Source: Octopus sinensis
Taxonomy: Eukaryota
DNA: 64,000 nt
Direction: 5' to 3'
Assembly: GCF_006345805.1 (NCBI RefSeq)
Contig: NC_043005.1
Span: forward strand, 108,438,001-108,502,000
The notes under the pieces were generated by a model. That model searched no databases. It had not been told where the DNA came from and saw only the letters and a program-made list of their open reading frames with translations. A program made the position numbers and the translations under genes. Shown one piece after another: positions 38,746 to 51,265 of this stretch (position 1 is the stretch's first letter; each line of letters starts with the position of its first letter).

Positions 38746-39384
38746 CAGCATATAAATCTCTTGAAAACTGTACAGAATCGTGCAACCAAATGAATACCCT
38801 CTGTCAGACACCTACCATACTCTGAACGTCTTGTTTCCCTGGGCATAGATACATTGAAACTCAGACATCTGGCAACCGACTTGGTAGACACCAACAAGAT
38901 TATCCACCATCTTTCCAACAACAACCTTGGGCACCTTTTTGAATTCCATATGACAAACACTCGCGGACATGCTAATAAAATCAAAAAATAACACAGCACC
39001 CATGACTTTTGGAAGCATTTTTTGCATGCTCAGAATTGCTGAAACATGGAATAAACTGCTCACATCAGTTGTTAGCTGTCGAAACACTACATCCTTCAAA
39101 ACTTGCATGCTTCCTGAAATCCACCAACAGTACACCTGATGGCCGTTTTCTTTGTGCACCTACTCTTTTACTCTTTTACTTGTTTCAGTCATTTGACTGA
39201 GGCCATGCTGGAGCACCACCTTTAGTCAAGCAAATCGACCCTGGGACTTATTCTTTGTAAGCCTAGTACTTATTCTATCAGTCTCTTTTGCTGAACCACT
39301 AAGTTACGGGGACGTAAATACACCAGCATCGGTTGTCAAGTGATGTTGGGGGGACAAACACAGACACACAAACATATACACACA

Positions 39385-39450
<66 letters not shown>

Positions 39451-39625
39451 TACAACAGGCTTCTTTCAGTTTCCGTCTACCAAAACCACTCACAAGGCTT
39501 TGATTGGCCCGAGGCTATATTAGAAGGTGCCATGCAGTGGGACTGAACCCGGAACCATGTGGTTGATAAGAAAGCTACTTACCACACAGCCACTCTTGAG
39601 CATTGTATACAACAATTTCCTTCAT
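38745..39625 (+). mobile_element. CR1-clade LINE 3' end, interrupted by a family A SINE
   Basis: LKTVQNRATK*IPSVRHLPYSERLVSLGIDTLKLR..DL..KII..TRGH..KHFF..ETWNKL..SFK; 3'UTR gtgcacct|gagcattgtatacaacaatt is split by the SINE. Confidence 0.88.
39161..39597 (-). mobile_element. SINE family A
   Basis: Near full length, inserted in the CR1 3'UTR. Confidence 0.9.
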
Positions 39626-39629
39626 TATA

Positions 39630-40150
39630 TCATAATCAGATTAATTTTCTTCTCTCACTCCAGTTCTGTCCTGGGATTTTCCAATCTAACATTGCATACC
39701 CAGCAGAGTGTGCTCACCTCATTTCTTTCCAGCCTCCAAACATCTCCCACATTCAATCCATATATTCTACACCAAGCAATATCATTCACATACTCCCTAC
39801 AATCTGCCCTGCCTGCAAAGAGAGAATCTTTTTGTAGTCAGCAGAAACCATTTCATTCTTACCATGGCTACTCTTCTATCAGAACTCACACTGATTTGGT
39901 TACTTATGTACCAGAATCTGTTAATTACTTCCATAATTCAATCATTTTCAGCATGCCTAGGAGTCCACCATACTTCTTGCCAATCATAGTTTACATTAGG
40001 CTTGCCTTATGGCAGTTCTAAGAATTTCTTTTCAGCATAAAGAGTATAGTCACTTTCCCATTTGGCAATATAGAACTGTCTTCTTTTCTGCTAAACACAA
40101 CCTCTATCTTTGCTAGGTTTCACTCTGTTACTAAATTTGGAATTTTTCTC
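39630..40150 (-). pseudogene. RTE-clade LINE fragment (RT C-terminal region)
   Basis: LTTKRFSL..GRL..; DVWRLERNEVSTLCWVCNVRLE resembles RTE RLERNEASMLRWMCNV. Confidence 0.7.
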
Positions 40151-40249
40151 TAAATTCTGTGGCTGATTCAATTATAGGAAGTAGGTGAGTAGCATGCAGT
40201 AGTTCTTACAGACAACCGATCTTGAACTCTTCTTTAATGGTCTCTGTAA

Positions 40250-40555
40250 GGGTAAAGACCACCTTCGGTCATGAATGACCATGGGATTGCACCGAGAAAA
40301 TTCCCCTCTGAGGCCCAAATCTCGGCAAGGTTGTCTATGGAAGTCCAGAAGTCACCAATACATACCAGCCTCCCCTCTTTATATCACTGATGTTATCCAA
40401 GATGTTATCCAAAGGTTGGTACAGCTTGCCACCCGTGATTTCGCAACTCATTTCTACAGGTGAGCAAATTAGAATAATGTGAAAACAAGTATCTTGCTCA
40501 AGAACACAACACACAGCCTGGTCTAGGAATCGAACTCTCTACCTCACAATTGCAT
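40250..40555 (-). mobile_element. tRNA-derived SINE family E
   Basis: Minus-strand B-box gagttcgattcctag and ttgagcaagatactt core; non-coding body. Confidence 0.65.
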
Positions 40556-41860
40556 CTTCTTTAAACACTGATATGTCCCAGTGGTGATATTGTCCAAACC
40601 CTCGTCTCCACTGTTATGTCCCACCTTATGACGATGTATTTCGTCATCTCTACGAGACTGGTCCGAACGGCATACCTTCGCTGACCACCTCTACTGACTG
40701 GGTCATTCCACTATTTATTAGTAGTGGACCAACCCACTTCTCACCTGGGGTCATCTGCCACAACAATCACTAAATTCATTACTAAACTCATTGGCAACTC
40801 TCACCTTGCAAATTGTTTGAGGTCCTTTTAAGATCCTTCTCTGAGTACAGAGACTTGCTTATAAGGTAAGATGTCCTTAGCTAAATATGTTCTTATTGAG
40901 AACAAGGTGTCAGCATTACCTATTGAGCTGCTTCTCTTCTTAATTTGTCGTGTTTCAATATTTTCTTTCTTTTTTTTTTGTTATTTATGTAACTTTATCT
41001 ATTTATTTGAGGCCTGTGTAGCTACTCCTTTTCTGGATTATCTTCTTTGACCTTGAGTTGTTAATCTTGATACAGTTACATCAAATACTGTGAATGACAC
41101 TTCCCTGTATTATTTGCTTTATAACTCAATTAACAAGTCTGTAGATTACTTAACAACATATTTTCTGTATTTCAGCAAAAATCTCCTGATATTCTTATAA
41201 CTTTCTTTTCAAATATATCACTGCCAACTTTGATTACTGGTCACAACTAATTTGAATAGTTCCTTTCTTTCTAAACTTGCTCCATCCACAGATCTACTCT
41301 CACCTCACAGTGGATTATCTCATAGTAATTTTCAGTTTACATTATTTACATTATTTACATTCGACAGATATTTGTCCCCAAATTCTTTGTTGTTAACACG
41401 GTTCATTACTTAGAAAAATAACCAGAGATGATGATAGAAAGAGAATCCAACAAGATCTGGGAAAAAACCACCAATAGAAGAGAATATGACCAAAGACTGT
41501 GTGTACTCCATTCCATGCAGCTGTGGTAGGTTATAACAAAGGTGGAACATGCCACCCCCTCAAAATAAGGGTAGATGAACATCGCAAAGCTGTGACACGA
41601 GGAGATATTGATAAATCGGGTATAGCTGATCCATGTATGGAAAATGGAGACCAGCTCCCCCTGTGGGATGAAGTTAAAATAATAGACAGAGAGCACCACT
41701 GGAAAATACGAAAACTAAAAGAAGCAGCACATATGCTAGGACACAACAACCTCCTAAGCAGACCAAGTGCAGATATGAACAGGATATGGGAACCAGTATT
41801 AAGGAAGACTAGAAAAATATTAGACTTATAAACCTTAAAATTCACTCCATAACTGCCCAT

Positions 41861-41935
41861 GGGCATATGGCGTAGTGGTTAAGAGTGCGGGCTACTAACC
41901 CCAAGATTCCAAGTTCAATTCAAAGTAGTGACCTG
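41861..41935 (+). promoter_or_regulatory. tRNA-derived Pol III promoter-like head (tRNA-Thr-like scaffold) inside the PLE terminal repeat
   Basis: A-box TGGCGTAGTGGTTAAG, loop CT-ACT-AA, B-box AAGTTCAATTC (GAGTTCGATTTC in the 23047 copy). Confidence 0.7.
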
Positions 41936-42016
41936 AACAATGATAATAATAATAATAATAATAATAATATCAAAAAATACCTTAGGAATGAGAACCCAGG
42001 TTCGAAATTTCCCCAA

Positions 42017-42062
42017 GACACCTGAAGAAGGCTGGAGGGTATATCAGCTGAAATGTTGTGTT
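42017..42062 (+). ncRNA. Minimal type I hammerhead ribozyme motif
   Basis: GACAC-CTGAAGA-A-GGCTG-gagggtatat-CAGCT-GAAAT-GTT-GTGTT; stem I GACAC/GTGTT. Confidence 0.7.
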
Positions 42063-42507
42063 GACAACAAACAAGATGAGGACAAATATCCGTCAAATGT
42101 AAATAATGTAAATAATTCCCCATCTCTTTAATACAGAACTGTAATTCTCAATTGTTCTCCAAGCAATAAATTCTTATCACTTCTGCCTTCTCGTTATACC
42201 CATCATCTCACTCATCTTTAAAGCTTCCTTTTCCAAGTTATCTTGTGTCTCTGAGTCCTTCTAGCTCTTATCTTTGGGTCACTAATCAGTATGCTAAGAG
42301 AAACATTCTTTACTCTAAAATAAACTAATATTTTGCAGCCAGATTTTTATCCGATTTTCTAGTGAGAAAGAAATCTGTCTAGCTTGTGTCTTCACCAGAT
42401 TGAAAGGTAATGTCAGGTGACAAACTAGCTGTCTGAACTCAGAGATGCACATCCTCCTCCACCTCCTCCTCCTCCTCCTCCTCCTCCTCTCCTCCTCCTC
42501 CTCCTCC

Positions 42508-42542
<35 letters not shown>

Positions 42543-42584
42543 GTCATCATCATCGTCATCATCATCATCATCGTCGTCATCATC

Positions 42585-42720
42585 ATTTAACGTACGCTTT
42601 CCATTTGACTGAGGGCTGGTGAACCAGATGGCTGCACCAGGCTCCAATCTTGATGTGCCCTTCCTAACGCCAACCACTCTGAGAGTGTAGTGGGTGCTTC
42701 TATGCTACCACCGACGGTAC
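42585..42720 (-). mobile_element. Deleted family C copy with long (GAT)n/(GAG)n tail
   Basis: tttaacgtacgctttcca..gcccttcctaacgccaaccactc. Confidence 0.75.
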
Positions 42721-42974
42721 TGGCACATGTTTTGATAATTAGTTTCACACGGTTACAAGAAACATTTTATTTCTTGTACATATCCATTACCTCTATGCAC
42801 CTTCAGAGTAACTAGTATAGCATTGCCCAAACTGCCTGTTTAAGTCAGAGGTTCCTGTCTGTTATTAACGGTATTTTGCAGGAGAAAATCTCAGAATAAG
42901 TTCTTTTGTTCATTTCGGTTGTCCATAGTTAGTCTAAGTTAATTTTTCTGTCACAAATACTGACAGTATTACAC

Positions 42975-43399
42975 TTTACTCTTTACTCTTTTACTTGTTT
43001 CAGTCATTTGACTGTGGCCAAGCTGGAGCACCGCCTTTAGTCAAGCTAATCGACCCCCGGGACTTATTTTTTGTAAGCCTAGTACTTATTCTATCAGCCT
43101 CTTTTACCGAACAGCTAAGTTACGGGGATGTAAACACACCAGCATCGGTTGTCAAACGATGTAGGGGGGACAAACACAGACACACAAACATATACACATA
43201 CATATATATATGTATATATATATATACACATATACGAAGGGCTTCTTTCAGTTTCCGTCTACCAAATCCACTCACAAGGCTTTGGTCGACTCGAGGCTAT
43301 AGTAGAAGACACTTACCTAAAGTTGCCACACAGTGGGAGTGAACCCGGAACCTTGTGGTTCGTAAGCAAGCTACTTACCACACAGCCACTCCTATGCCT
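42975..43399 (-). mobile_element. SINE family A
   Basis: Full structure. Confidence 0.92.
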
Positions 43400-43693
43400 A
43401 TTTACTTTACCCAACAATCGAGATACTCTGCTTTCTCCAATACTGTTTCCAGTCAAGAAAAAGTTGTATCACAGTTTCTTATTCGCAGCAATTCAGCTGG
43501 GTTTCCACTCGATCTCACTACACACATACTGCAAACATTTGCACTATTTCTGTTCTAGAATCTCTAAGACCTGGTGTCAATGTTAATGTTAGTTGCATGG
43601 AAAGAAAAAAGGGGATTTCTAACGTGTAGTGTGATGGAGGAAAAGGACAACAGAAAAAGAAGCAATGGGAGAAAGAAATACAAAAGGCCTTAC

Positions 43694-43942
43694 CTTGGCG
43701 AAATCAGCGGTCACTCTCACGAATTCAACACGTCTTGTCACTCTGCCCTCTTTGCTGGAACTGACCACATGTGCTTCCTGCCCATGCATGCCCCTGTCAC
43801 TATTCCGCCGGCCCCTGCAAGCCTTACTTCCATCCACCTCATCTGCAATCCCCTCCACCAACACCACATAGCTCATCACAACCCATAACACTACTAACAC
43901 CACATAACGGTAGCGGGCTCGCTTGATACCTATCTACTGTAT
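43694..43942 (-). CDS. Candidate exon of an unidentified gene; encodes a basic-hydrophobic (signal/anchor-like) segment
   Basis: 52% GC non-repeat island; acceptor tctcttcatttcag, donor AAG|gtaagg; one frame is open for 80 codons to the donor: IGIKRARYRYVVLVVLWVVMSYVVLVEGIADEVDGSKACRGRRNSDRGMHGQEAHVVSSSKEGRVTRRVEFVRVTADFAK. An in-frame TAG is codon 3 if the strongest acceptor is used. No family recognised. Confidence 0.45.
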
Positions 43943-44200
43943 CTGAAATGAAGAGACTTGGTGCAATAATTTGTAACATTTGAAGGGACCTGGTCATGTT
44001 GCACATCGCCACATGGGAACAGCTGGCCAACTCAGTGTTGTACACAGCACTGACATTATAAGTGTTTCTCTTCTAACCTCGGTTATGGTTTGTCATTGAT
44101 TTGTAACACTCTCATGAATTTAGCATGATTTCCTGCCGAGACAGCTTTCATATTTCTAACCACTTATTATGTGTGTGTATGTGTGTGCGTATGTGTGTGC

Positions 44201-44237
<37 letters not shown>

Positions 44238-44496
44238 GCTTAGCAATCATTTGTGAATGAATATGAAATGACCTTATAAGTTATACTAAGCTTTTGATAA
44301 TTGTTTTTGTTGCCTGCATAGTTGTGAGCATAAACACCTTCTTAGCCATGCCACTTCTGATGCAGGGGAGGAGGAGAGAGAAAGCTCCAACTGTGCTAAG
44401 ACGGTACTTGTTTACATTTATGCAGACTGGAGCAATTGAAAATAAACTGTCTTGCTCAAGGAAACACATGCTACCTAGTCAAGGAATTGAATAGAT

Positions 44497-44531
<35 letters not shown>

Positions 44532-44667
44532 GATAGATAGATAGATAGATAGACAGATAGATAGATAGATATAAATTTGTAGCATAATATATGGATTCAT
44601 GGAATTGCGTGGTTATTACAAAAAGCTCTTTCAATGGACTCAGCTAGCAGACCACATAGTAATCCAA

Positions 44668-44985
44668 GGCGGCGAGCTGGCATAAACGTTAGCACACCGG
44701 GCGAAATGCGTAGCCGTATTTCATCTGCCGTTACGTTCTGGGTTCAAATTCCGCCGAGATCGACTTTGCCTTTCATCCTTTCAGGGTCGACAAATTAAGT
44801 ACCAGTTGCGCACTGGGGTCGATATAATCGACTTAATCCATTTGTCTGTCCTTGTTTGTCCTCTCTGTGTTTAGCCCCTTGTGGGTAGTAAAGAAATAGG
44901 TATTTCGTTTGCCGTTATGTTCTGAGTTCAAATTCCGCCGAGGTCAACTTTGCCTTTCAATCTTTCGGGGTCGATAAATTAAGTA
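44668..44985 (+). mobile_element. SINE family B, head plus 1.5 units
   Basis: Re-entry at ggtattt 44899, period 184. Confidence 0.9.
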
Positions 44986-45348
44986 GTTGAGTGTATGCTT
45001 GTGTATACAGGAAGAGAAGTTTTCATCCCTAATGTTTAAGATGTTATCAGTTGATTGCATAACATTTAATTTTTTACTAATTTTTCAGAAAAATACAGAG
45101 TTCATATTTGGCACCCCGTCCTTTCTACTTTTGGGCTTTAGCAATAATTTTCCATTCTATTTGGGGGTTGCTTATTCTACCTTCTTTTAATGTCCATATC
45201 AGATTTGATAGGGATGTCACATGTTTTTTTGTTTTTGCCTCGGAATGTTGTGTTTACCTTTCCTTGAATGAGTTGCCCGTCATTCCAATAAAAGATTTTG
45301 CTTTCTGTTACACACATACACACACACTCAAATACATACACATATATA

Positions 45349-45426
<78 letters not shown>

Positions 45427-45464
45427 ATATGTGCATATATATATATATGTATATATATAAATAT

Positions 45465-45499
<35 letters not shown>

Positions 45500-45516
45500 T
45501 ACAAGTATATATTCTT

Positions 45517-45595
45517 TTCTACTCTAGGCACAAGGGCCGAAATTTTTGGGGAGGAGGGCAGTCAATTAGATCGACCCCAGCACGCAACTGGTATG
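45517..45595 (-). mobile_element. SINE family B tail fragment (third tail type)
   Basis: ctctaggcacaagggccgaaattttt..gatcgaccccagcacgcaactggta. Confidence 0.65.
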
Positions 45596-46410
45596 AGTTT
45601 GTTACTGTCTCTTTACCCTGACATCTTGTAATGGTTATGAGTGTCACTGTCATTCCAATTTTATATGACATGTCTGGTAATGGGAAGATATTACATTACT
45701 TGAAAGTGGTGAGGGTTGGCAACAGGAAGAGCACTAGAAATCAGCTGACCCATGCAAACATGGAAAAGTAGACGTTAAGGGATAATGATAATGATGAGGA
45801 TGATATTGATGGTGATGATGATGATGATGGTGGTGTTGAGGATGACAATGATGATGATGAAAATATATGTGGCAGCATCATCTGCATCAGTTTGTGATAG
45901 CCTGCAGTAAAGGTCATGGCGACTACACCTCTCTCTTCTCTGGCAAGTTTAGCAATGAAAGAAATATATATTTATGTTATATATCACACATTTATACACA
46001 ATGTGTGTGTAAGTGTGTGTGTATGTGTATGTGGGTGTGCGTGTGTGTTAAATGAGATAAAGGTTTTGATTTGGAAATGATACAAGGGGATGATATAAAA
46101 ACAGTGAAAGATAGACATAGTATTATCATCAGTAAGAGATAGAGAGAGAAAAAGAGAGAGAGAGAGAGAGAGGGGAGAGAGATTCAAAACATTAAGATAT
46201 ACACGCTAGCATATAAAACATATATTTATACATCTATATAGAATACATACAGACACACACATATATATATACGTATACATGTGTGTGTGTGTGTATGCAT
46301 ATATATATATATATATATATATGAACATATCTGTATAAATACATACGCACAGAAACATCTATATATATATACATATACATACGTACAAAACATATACATA
46401 TAAATATATA

Positions 46411-46444
<34 letters not shown>

Positions 46445-46473
46445 CATACATATATATACACACATACATATAC

Positions 46474-46533
<60 letters not shown>

Positions 46534-47156
46534 TTATATGTATATGTATGTGGTATATATATGTACGTACATATGTGTATGAATATGTGTGTATATATCT
46601 TCTTTAGTTGTTTCCATATATTTTCTATTCTTTTGTTTTTCAATAACTGACTCCAACATACAGGGAACTATATATGATTGTTGTTGAATAATTAATATAG
46701 TTCTGGCTTGCCTATAGTTTGTTGACCAGCCATCACTTTGTATTGTTTTCTAAGTCTCTTTGAAGTATACACACACACACTCACACACACACACACAATA
46801 TTGAGTGCATAGGTGGGGATTAGAGTTTGAATATATTATTTACGACAATTGTACTTTGGCTAATGTGTGGTGGTGTTTTAATTTGTCATTGAAATACTGG
46901 CGAATCTCGATATTTTATTTTGCATTAGGTTAGAAATTATTTCCAGGGATTGAGAAAGAAAAAAAAAAGAAATTCAGTTGTTGGTTTCTATTGTTTAATG
47001 TTGGGAGTAAATCGGTAAGGGCTTTTTGATATATCTGAGAGACTGCTGTGTTTATTTTTCTCCCATCCTGATATACTACTATCAAATGATAGTCATGTCT
47101 TATGCTTCATGAATTAAAGCCACATATATAGAAAGTAGCAATGATAATGGATTAAA

Positions 47157-47512
47157 TCTCTCTATATATATAAGGCTAAAGATGTCTGTGTATGGCAGGT
47201 TTGGTAGCCTTCAACTAACACTATCTCCTCCGAGACCCTGTAGTGCAAGTTGACCAAAATTGAAAGTATGATAAAAGAAGGCTTGCTCTTCCTTCCGTAG
47301 AAGAAAAAATTCAAATCGGACCATGTTAGCACCAAAAATGATTTACATCCCAATTTCTTTACTATTGTGTCGCCATTTTTTGGTGTATTTCAACCAGAAA
47401 AATGTTCACTTAAAGAGAATAACAAGCTACATAATGCAAAATTTTAGCTTTTCAAAAATTCCAATTCTAAAGGATTGAAACAAACCCGAGCAACGCCGGG
47501 CGATACTGCTAG
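47157..47512 (+). mobile_element. Non-autonomous Helitron
   Basis: 5' TC(TCTCTATATAT), 3' hairpin CCCG-agcaacgc-CGGG followed by CTAG; inserted between A and T. Confidence 0.85.
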
Positions 47513-47643
47513 TAAGCGATAATGCTGAAAACTTAAGGCAGTGACTTTTAGCAATGGAAGAACGATATATCAGGCAATTAGTAGATAGTGGATACTGAAT
47601 TATGTATCACTTTAGTAAAAATACAATTCTAAAAATTTGCACT

Positions 47644-48125
47644 AGGCACAGGCATGGCTTTGTGGTAAGAAGCTTGCTTTCCAATCACATGGTTTCAAGT
47701 ACAGTCACACTTCCTTGGGCTGACCAAACCTTGTGAGAGAATTTAGTAGACAGAAGCTGTAAGAAGCCTGTTGTATACACATCTGTGTGTGTGTGTGTGT
47801 GTGTTTGTGCCCCACCATTACTTGACAACCAGTGTTGGTTTGTTTATGTCCCTGTAACTTAGTCCTTTCTGATTTACTACCAACATTAAAAAATAGAATC
47901 CAACAACTGAATCTCTTTTTTTTTGTCAATTACTGGGAAATAATTTCTCACCTAATGTCTTTGTAACTTAGCTGTTTGGCAAAAGAGACTGATAGTATAA
48001 GTATCAGGCTTACAAAACAAAAAATAAATACTGGGATCAGTTCATTCAAGTAAAGATTCTTCAAGGCCATGCCCCAGCATGCCCACTGTCTAATGAATGA
48101 AGTGAGTAAAAGTCAAAAGACTAAA
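47644..48125 (+). mobile_element. Degenerate SINE family A with an internal insertion
   Basis: Head, body and tail motifs recognisable. Confidence 0.75.
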
Positions 48126-48134
48126 GAATATGCT

Positions 48135-48335
48135 GTGTGGCAGAGAAGCTTGATGGCTTTTGTGGTCTTGTGGTTAGGATGTTGGGCTCAGACTGGGCGA
48201 TGTGTGTGTTTATGAGCGAAACACCTAAGCTCCACGCGTCTCCGGCAGAAGGTAATAGCGAAACTTCTGCTGACTCTTTCGCCACAACTTTCTCTCACTC
48301 TTTCCTCCTGCATCTTGCAGCTCACCTGCGACATC
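48135..48335 (+). mobile_element. SINE family G, partial
   Basis: Shares gagcgaaacacctaagctccac..ctctttcgccacaactttctctcactc with 31827. Confidence 0.75.
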
Positions 48336-48536
48336 ATTCAGATTTTAAATATGGTACTGTGGTATACAGGTTTCAGTTTTCCCCTTTACCGAATGAATAT
48401 GAATTTGATATTTGGTGGCGTTGGTGGTGTTGGTGATGGTGGTGGTGTGGCGTTGATGATGATGTCCAATGACCCTTAGGTGTTTCAATCTTAAACTCTA
48501 TAAGCTCAGTCACAATATTAGCTCAACTGCAGCACT

Positions 48537-48766
48537 TGAATGGTACAGAAACGTTAGCATGCTGGACGGAATGCTTAGCGGTATTTCATCTGTCTTTACG
48601 TTCTGAGTTCAAATTCCGCCGAGGTCTACTTTGCCTTTCATTCTTTCAAGGTCGATTGAATAAGTACCAGTTATGTACTGGGATCAATGTAATCGACTTT
48701 ATCCGTTTGTCTTTGTTTGTCTTCTCTGTGTTTAGCCCCTTGTGGGTAGTAAAGAAATAGGTATTT
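48537..48766 (+). mobile_element. SINE family B monomer ending at GGTATTT
   Basis: Ends aaagaaataggtattt. Confidence 0.85.
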
Positions 48767-49324
48767 TCATTTATTCTGCCCGCAACGATTTAGTTTTATC
48801 GACAGTGTATCACAATGGCCCCAGCTCTGAGCTGAAACTAGAGAGAAAGCAAAAAAATCCTCAGAAAGGATGACAAAGTTAAATTCGACATGATTTGGAC
48901 TTAATACGTAAAAGGATACAAACACTTCCAGACACATTGTTCCATACTCTAACAATTAAACCTGTCTCCTCTCTATTAGTTTTGATATTGTCACAAATCA
49001 TACAAACCCTAAGTAATGCATCACCAAAGGCATTTACAATGATGTACTTTGTATATGAAGGCGAACATTGTCCAAAGTATAGAAAATACTGTTAAACAGC
49101 ATAACTGACTTTCAAACTGACCAAGGCCCTATTCTGGCCTCAGTGCAGTAGGAGCTATTGTATATTGAAAATATTGAGGACGGAAGATGTGGAACCTATC
49201 TTAAGGAGCTGAAACTGATAAAACAGTTGCTGGTAATGATGGGCGGTTGTGCTACGGCTGTTGTTGTTGGTGTCACATGATGATTAGAAAGTTGATGACG
49301 ATGTCAGCAAAAGGGCTATGGCAA

Positions 49325-50038
49325 TAATGGTAGTGAAGGCGGTGGTGGTGGTTGTGGTGGTGATGTTGGTGGTGGTGGTGGTGATGTTGGTGGTGGTGGT
49401 GGTGGTGATGGTAATGGTGGTGGTGGTGGTGGTGGTGGTGATGGTGATGGTGATGGTGGTGGTGGTGGTGGTGGTGATGGTGATGGTGATGGTGGTGGTG
49501 GTGGTGGTGGTGATGGCAGTGGTGGTGAGTTGTTTGTGGTGGTGGTGGTGATGTTGGTGGTGGTGGTGGTGGTGATGGTGATGGTGGTGGTGGTGATGGC
49601 AGTGGTGGTGATGGCAGTGGTGGTGGTGGTGATGGTAGTGGTGTTGGTGGTAGAGGTGGTGGTGGTAGTGTTGGTGGTGGTGGTGGAGGTGGTGGTGTTG
49701 GTGGTGGTGGTGGTGGTAGTGTTGGTGGTGGTGATGGTGGTGGTGGTGGTGGTGGTGATGGTGATGGTGGTGGTGGGGGGGTAGTGATGGTGGTGGTGGT
49801 GTTGGTGGTGGTGGTGATGGTGGAGGTAGCTGCTGCTGCTGCTACAAATGATGATAATGAGGAGGTGGGAAATATTAACATGGATGAGGATAGTTATGGT
49901 AATGACAAATGAAACTGATGAAGATGACAATAACAGCAATGAGGATAAAAATGATGATGATGATGACAACAGCAGCTACGGCGACAGTGATGACAGTGAT
50001 GATAACAGTGACAGTGGTCATAGTGACAATGATGATGG

Positions 50039-50075
<37 letters not shown>

Positions 50076-50220
50076 AATGATGACAATGACGATGATGACG
50101 ACAACAAAGATGATGTTGATAATGACAATGATGATGATGATGATGACGACGACTTTCGACGACACAAATAATGACGATGATGATGAAGATGATGACGAAA
50201 ATGATGATGATCATGATGAT
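49325..50220. repeat. Long imperfect (GGT)n then (GAT/GAC)n trinucleotide tract
   Basis: About 900 bp of low complexity; source of the poly-P/H/V/D ORFs. Confidence 0.95.
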
Positions 50221-50389
50221 GTTCCTGGCATTATATTAACAGAAAGCTATGTAATCTCTTAATTGGTTTGATATTTGATGTAAGGAATTACATTATATAT
50301 TATCATTATCATTATTACTATTTTGCTTTATTGTTTATGTTTTCTTTCTTTATATATACACATACACACCACACATATAACATATATAA

Positions 50390-50432
<43 letters not shown>

Positions 50433-50497
50433 ATATATATACATTATATATATTGTATATATATATATATATAGATGTATATATATGATATTTATAT

Positions 50498-50535
<38 letters not shown>

Positions 50536-50690
50536 CATATATATATATATATATACATGTATATATATGTATATATATATGTATATACATATATATATAT
50601 ATATACATTTATATAAACATACATATATATACGTATATATATATATTATAATATATATATATATGCATATACTTATATATATATATAATA

Positions 50691-50738
<48 letters not shown>

Positions 50739-51228
50739 TTATATATAATATATATACATATGCACTGTTTTATCAGAGAGTTCGACATCTGTAGATTTTC
50801 GAAACCCTGAACTCAAAAAGAAAACGAAAAATAATATCTCCAAAAGAAACAAATAACAACAACAACAACAACAACCACATCTAGACAGTAACATACAAGG
50901 TAATAAAACAATAAAACGCAAAGAAAAGAAAAGAAAAGAAAAAAAGAGAGGGGAAAAGAAAAGAAAGAAGAAAAAGAGAGAAAGCCAAAGCAAAGAAATA
51001 ATGAAATCTGTGAAATGAAATGAAAGCGAAAGTAGGTAAGAAAGCTATTTAGGATAATGATGACTTATTAAATATCAAATGAATCAGCTTCTGCTGTCTG
51101 TGTTATGATTTGCTTTAGCCTCTCTCAATGACTTTACACATTTTCATGTGTATCACTACATTCACTTTAGCGTACACCCATCTATGTTTGTGTATATGCA
51201 TACATATATGTGTGTGTGTAGAGAGAGC

Positions 51229-51265
<37 letters not shown>

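Larger units (their letters stand above)
41336..42135 (+). mobile_element. 5'-truncated Penelope-like element: inverted terminal tail, GIY-YIG endonuclease remnant, tRNA-headed pLTR with hammerhead
   Basis: KKPPIEENMTKDCVYSIPCSCGR / KGGTCHPLKIRVDEHRKAV..KSGIA..WDEVKIIDREHHWKIRKLKEAAH; 41336-41399 is the reverse complement of 42058-42115. Confidence 0.9.

Noticed and set aside
41861-41935. Functional tRNA gene
   Set aside because: No acceptor stem pairing and degenerate arms; it is a tRNA-derived head, as are the other SINE heads.
45760-45945. Acceptor plus GCCATG ORF (MTFTAGYHKLMQMMLPHIFSSSS..) on the minus strand
   Set aside because: Runs into the (TCA)n tail of a SINE and stops after about 58 codons.
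49273-50262. Poly-Pro/His/Thr and Asp-rich ORFs (structural or biomineral protein?)
   Set aside because: Open in several frames on both strands because of (GGT)n/(GAT)n; no signal peptide, splice context or GHG-type motifs.
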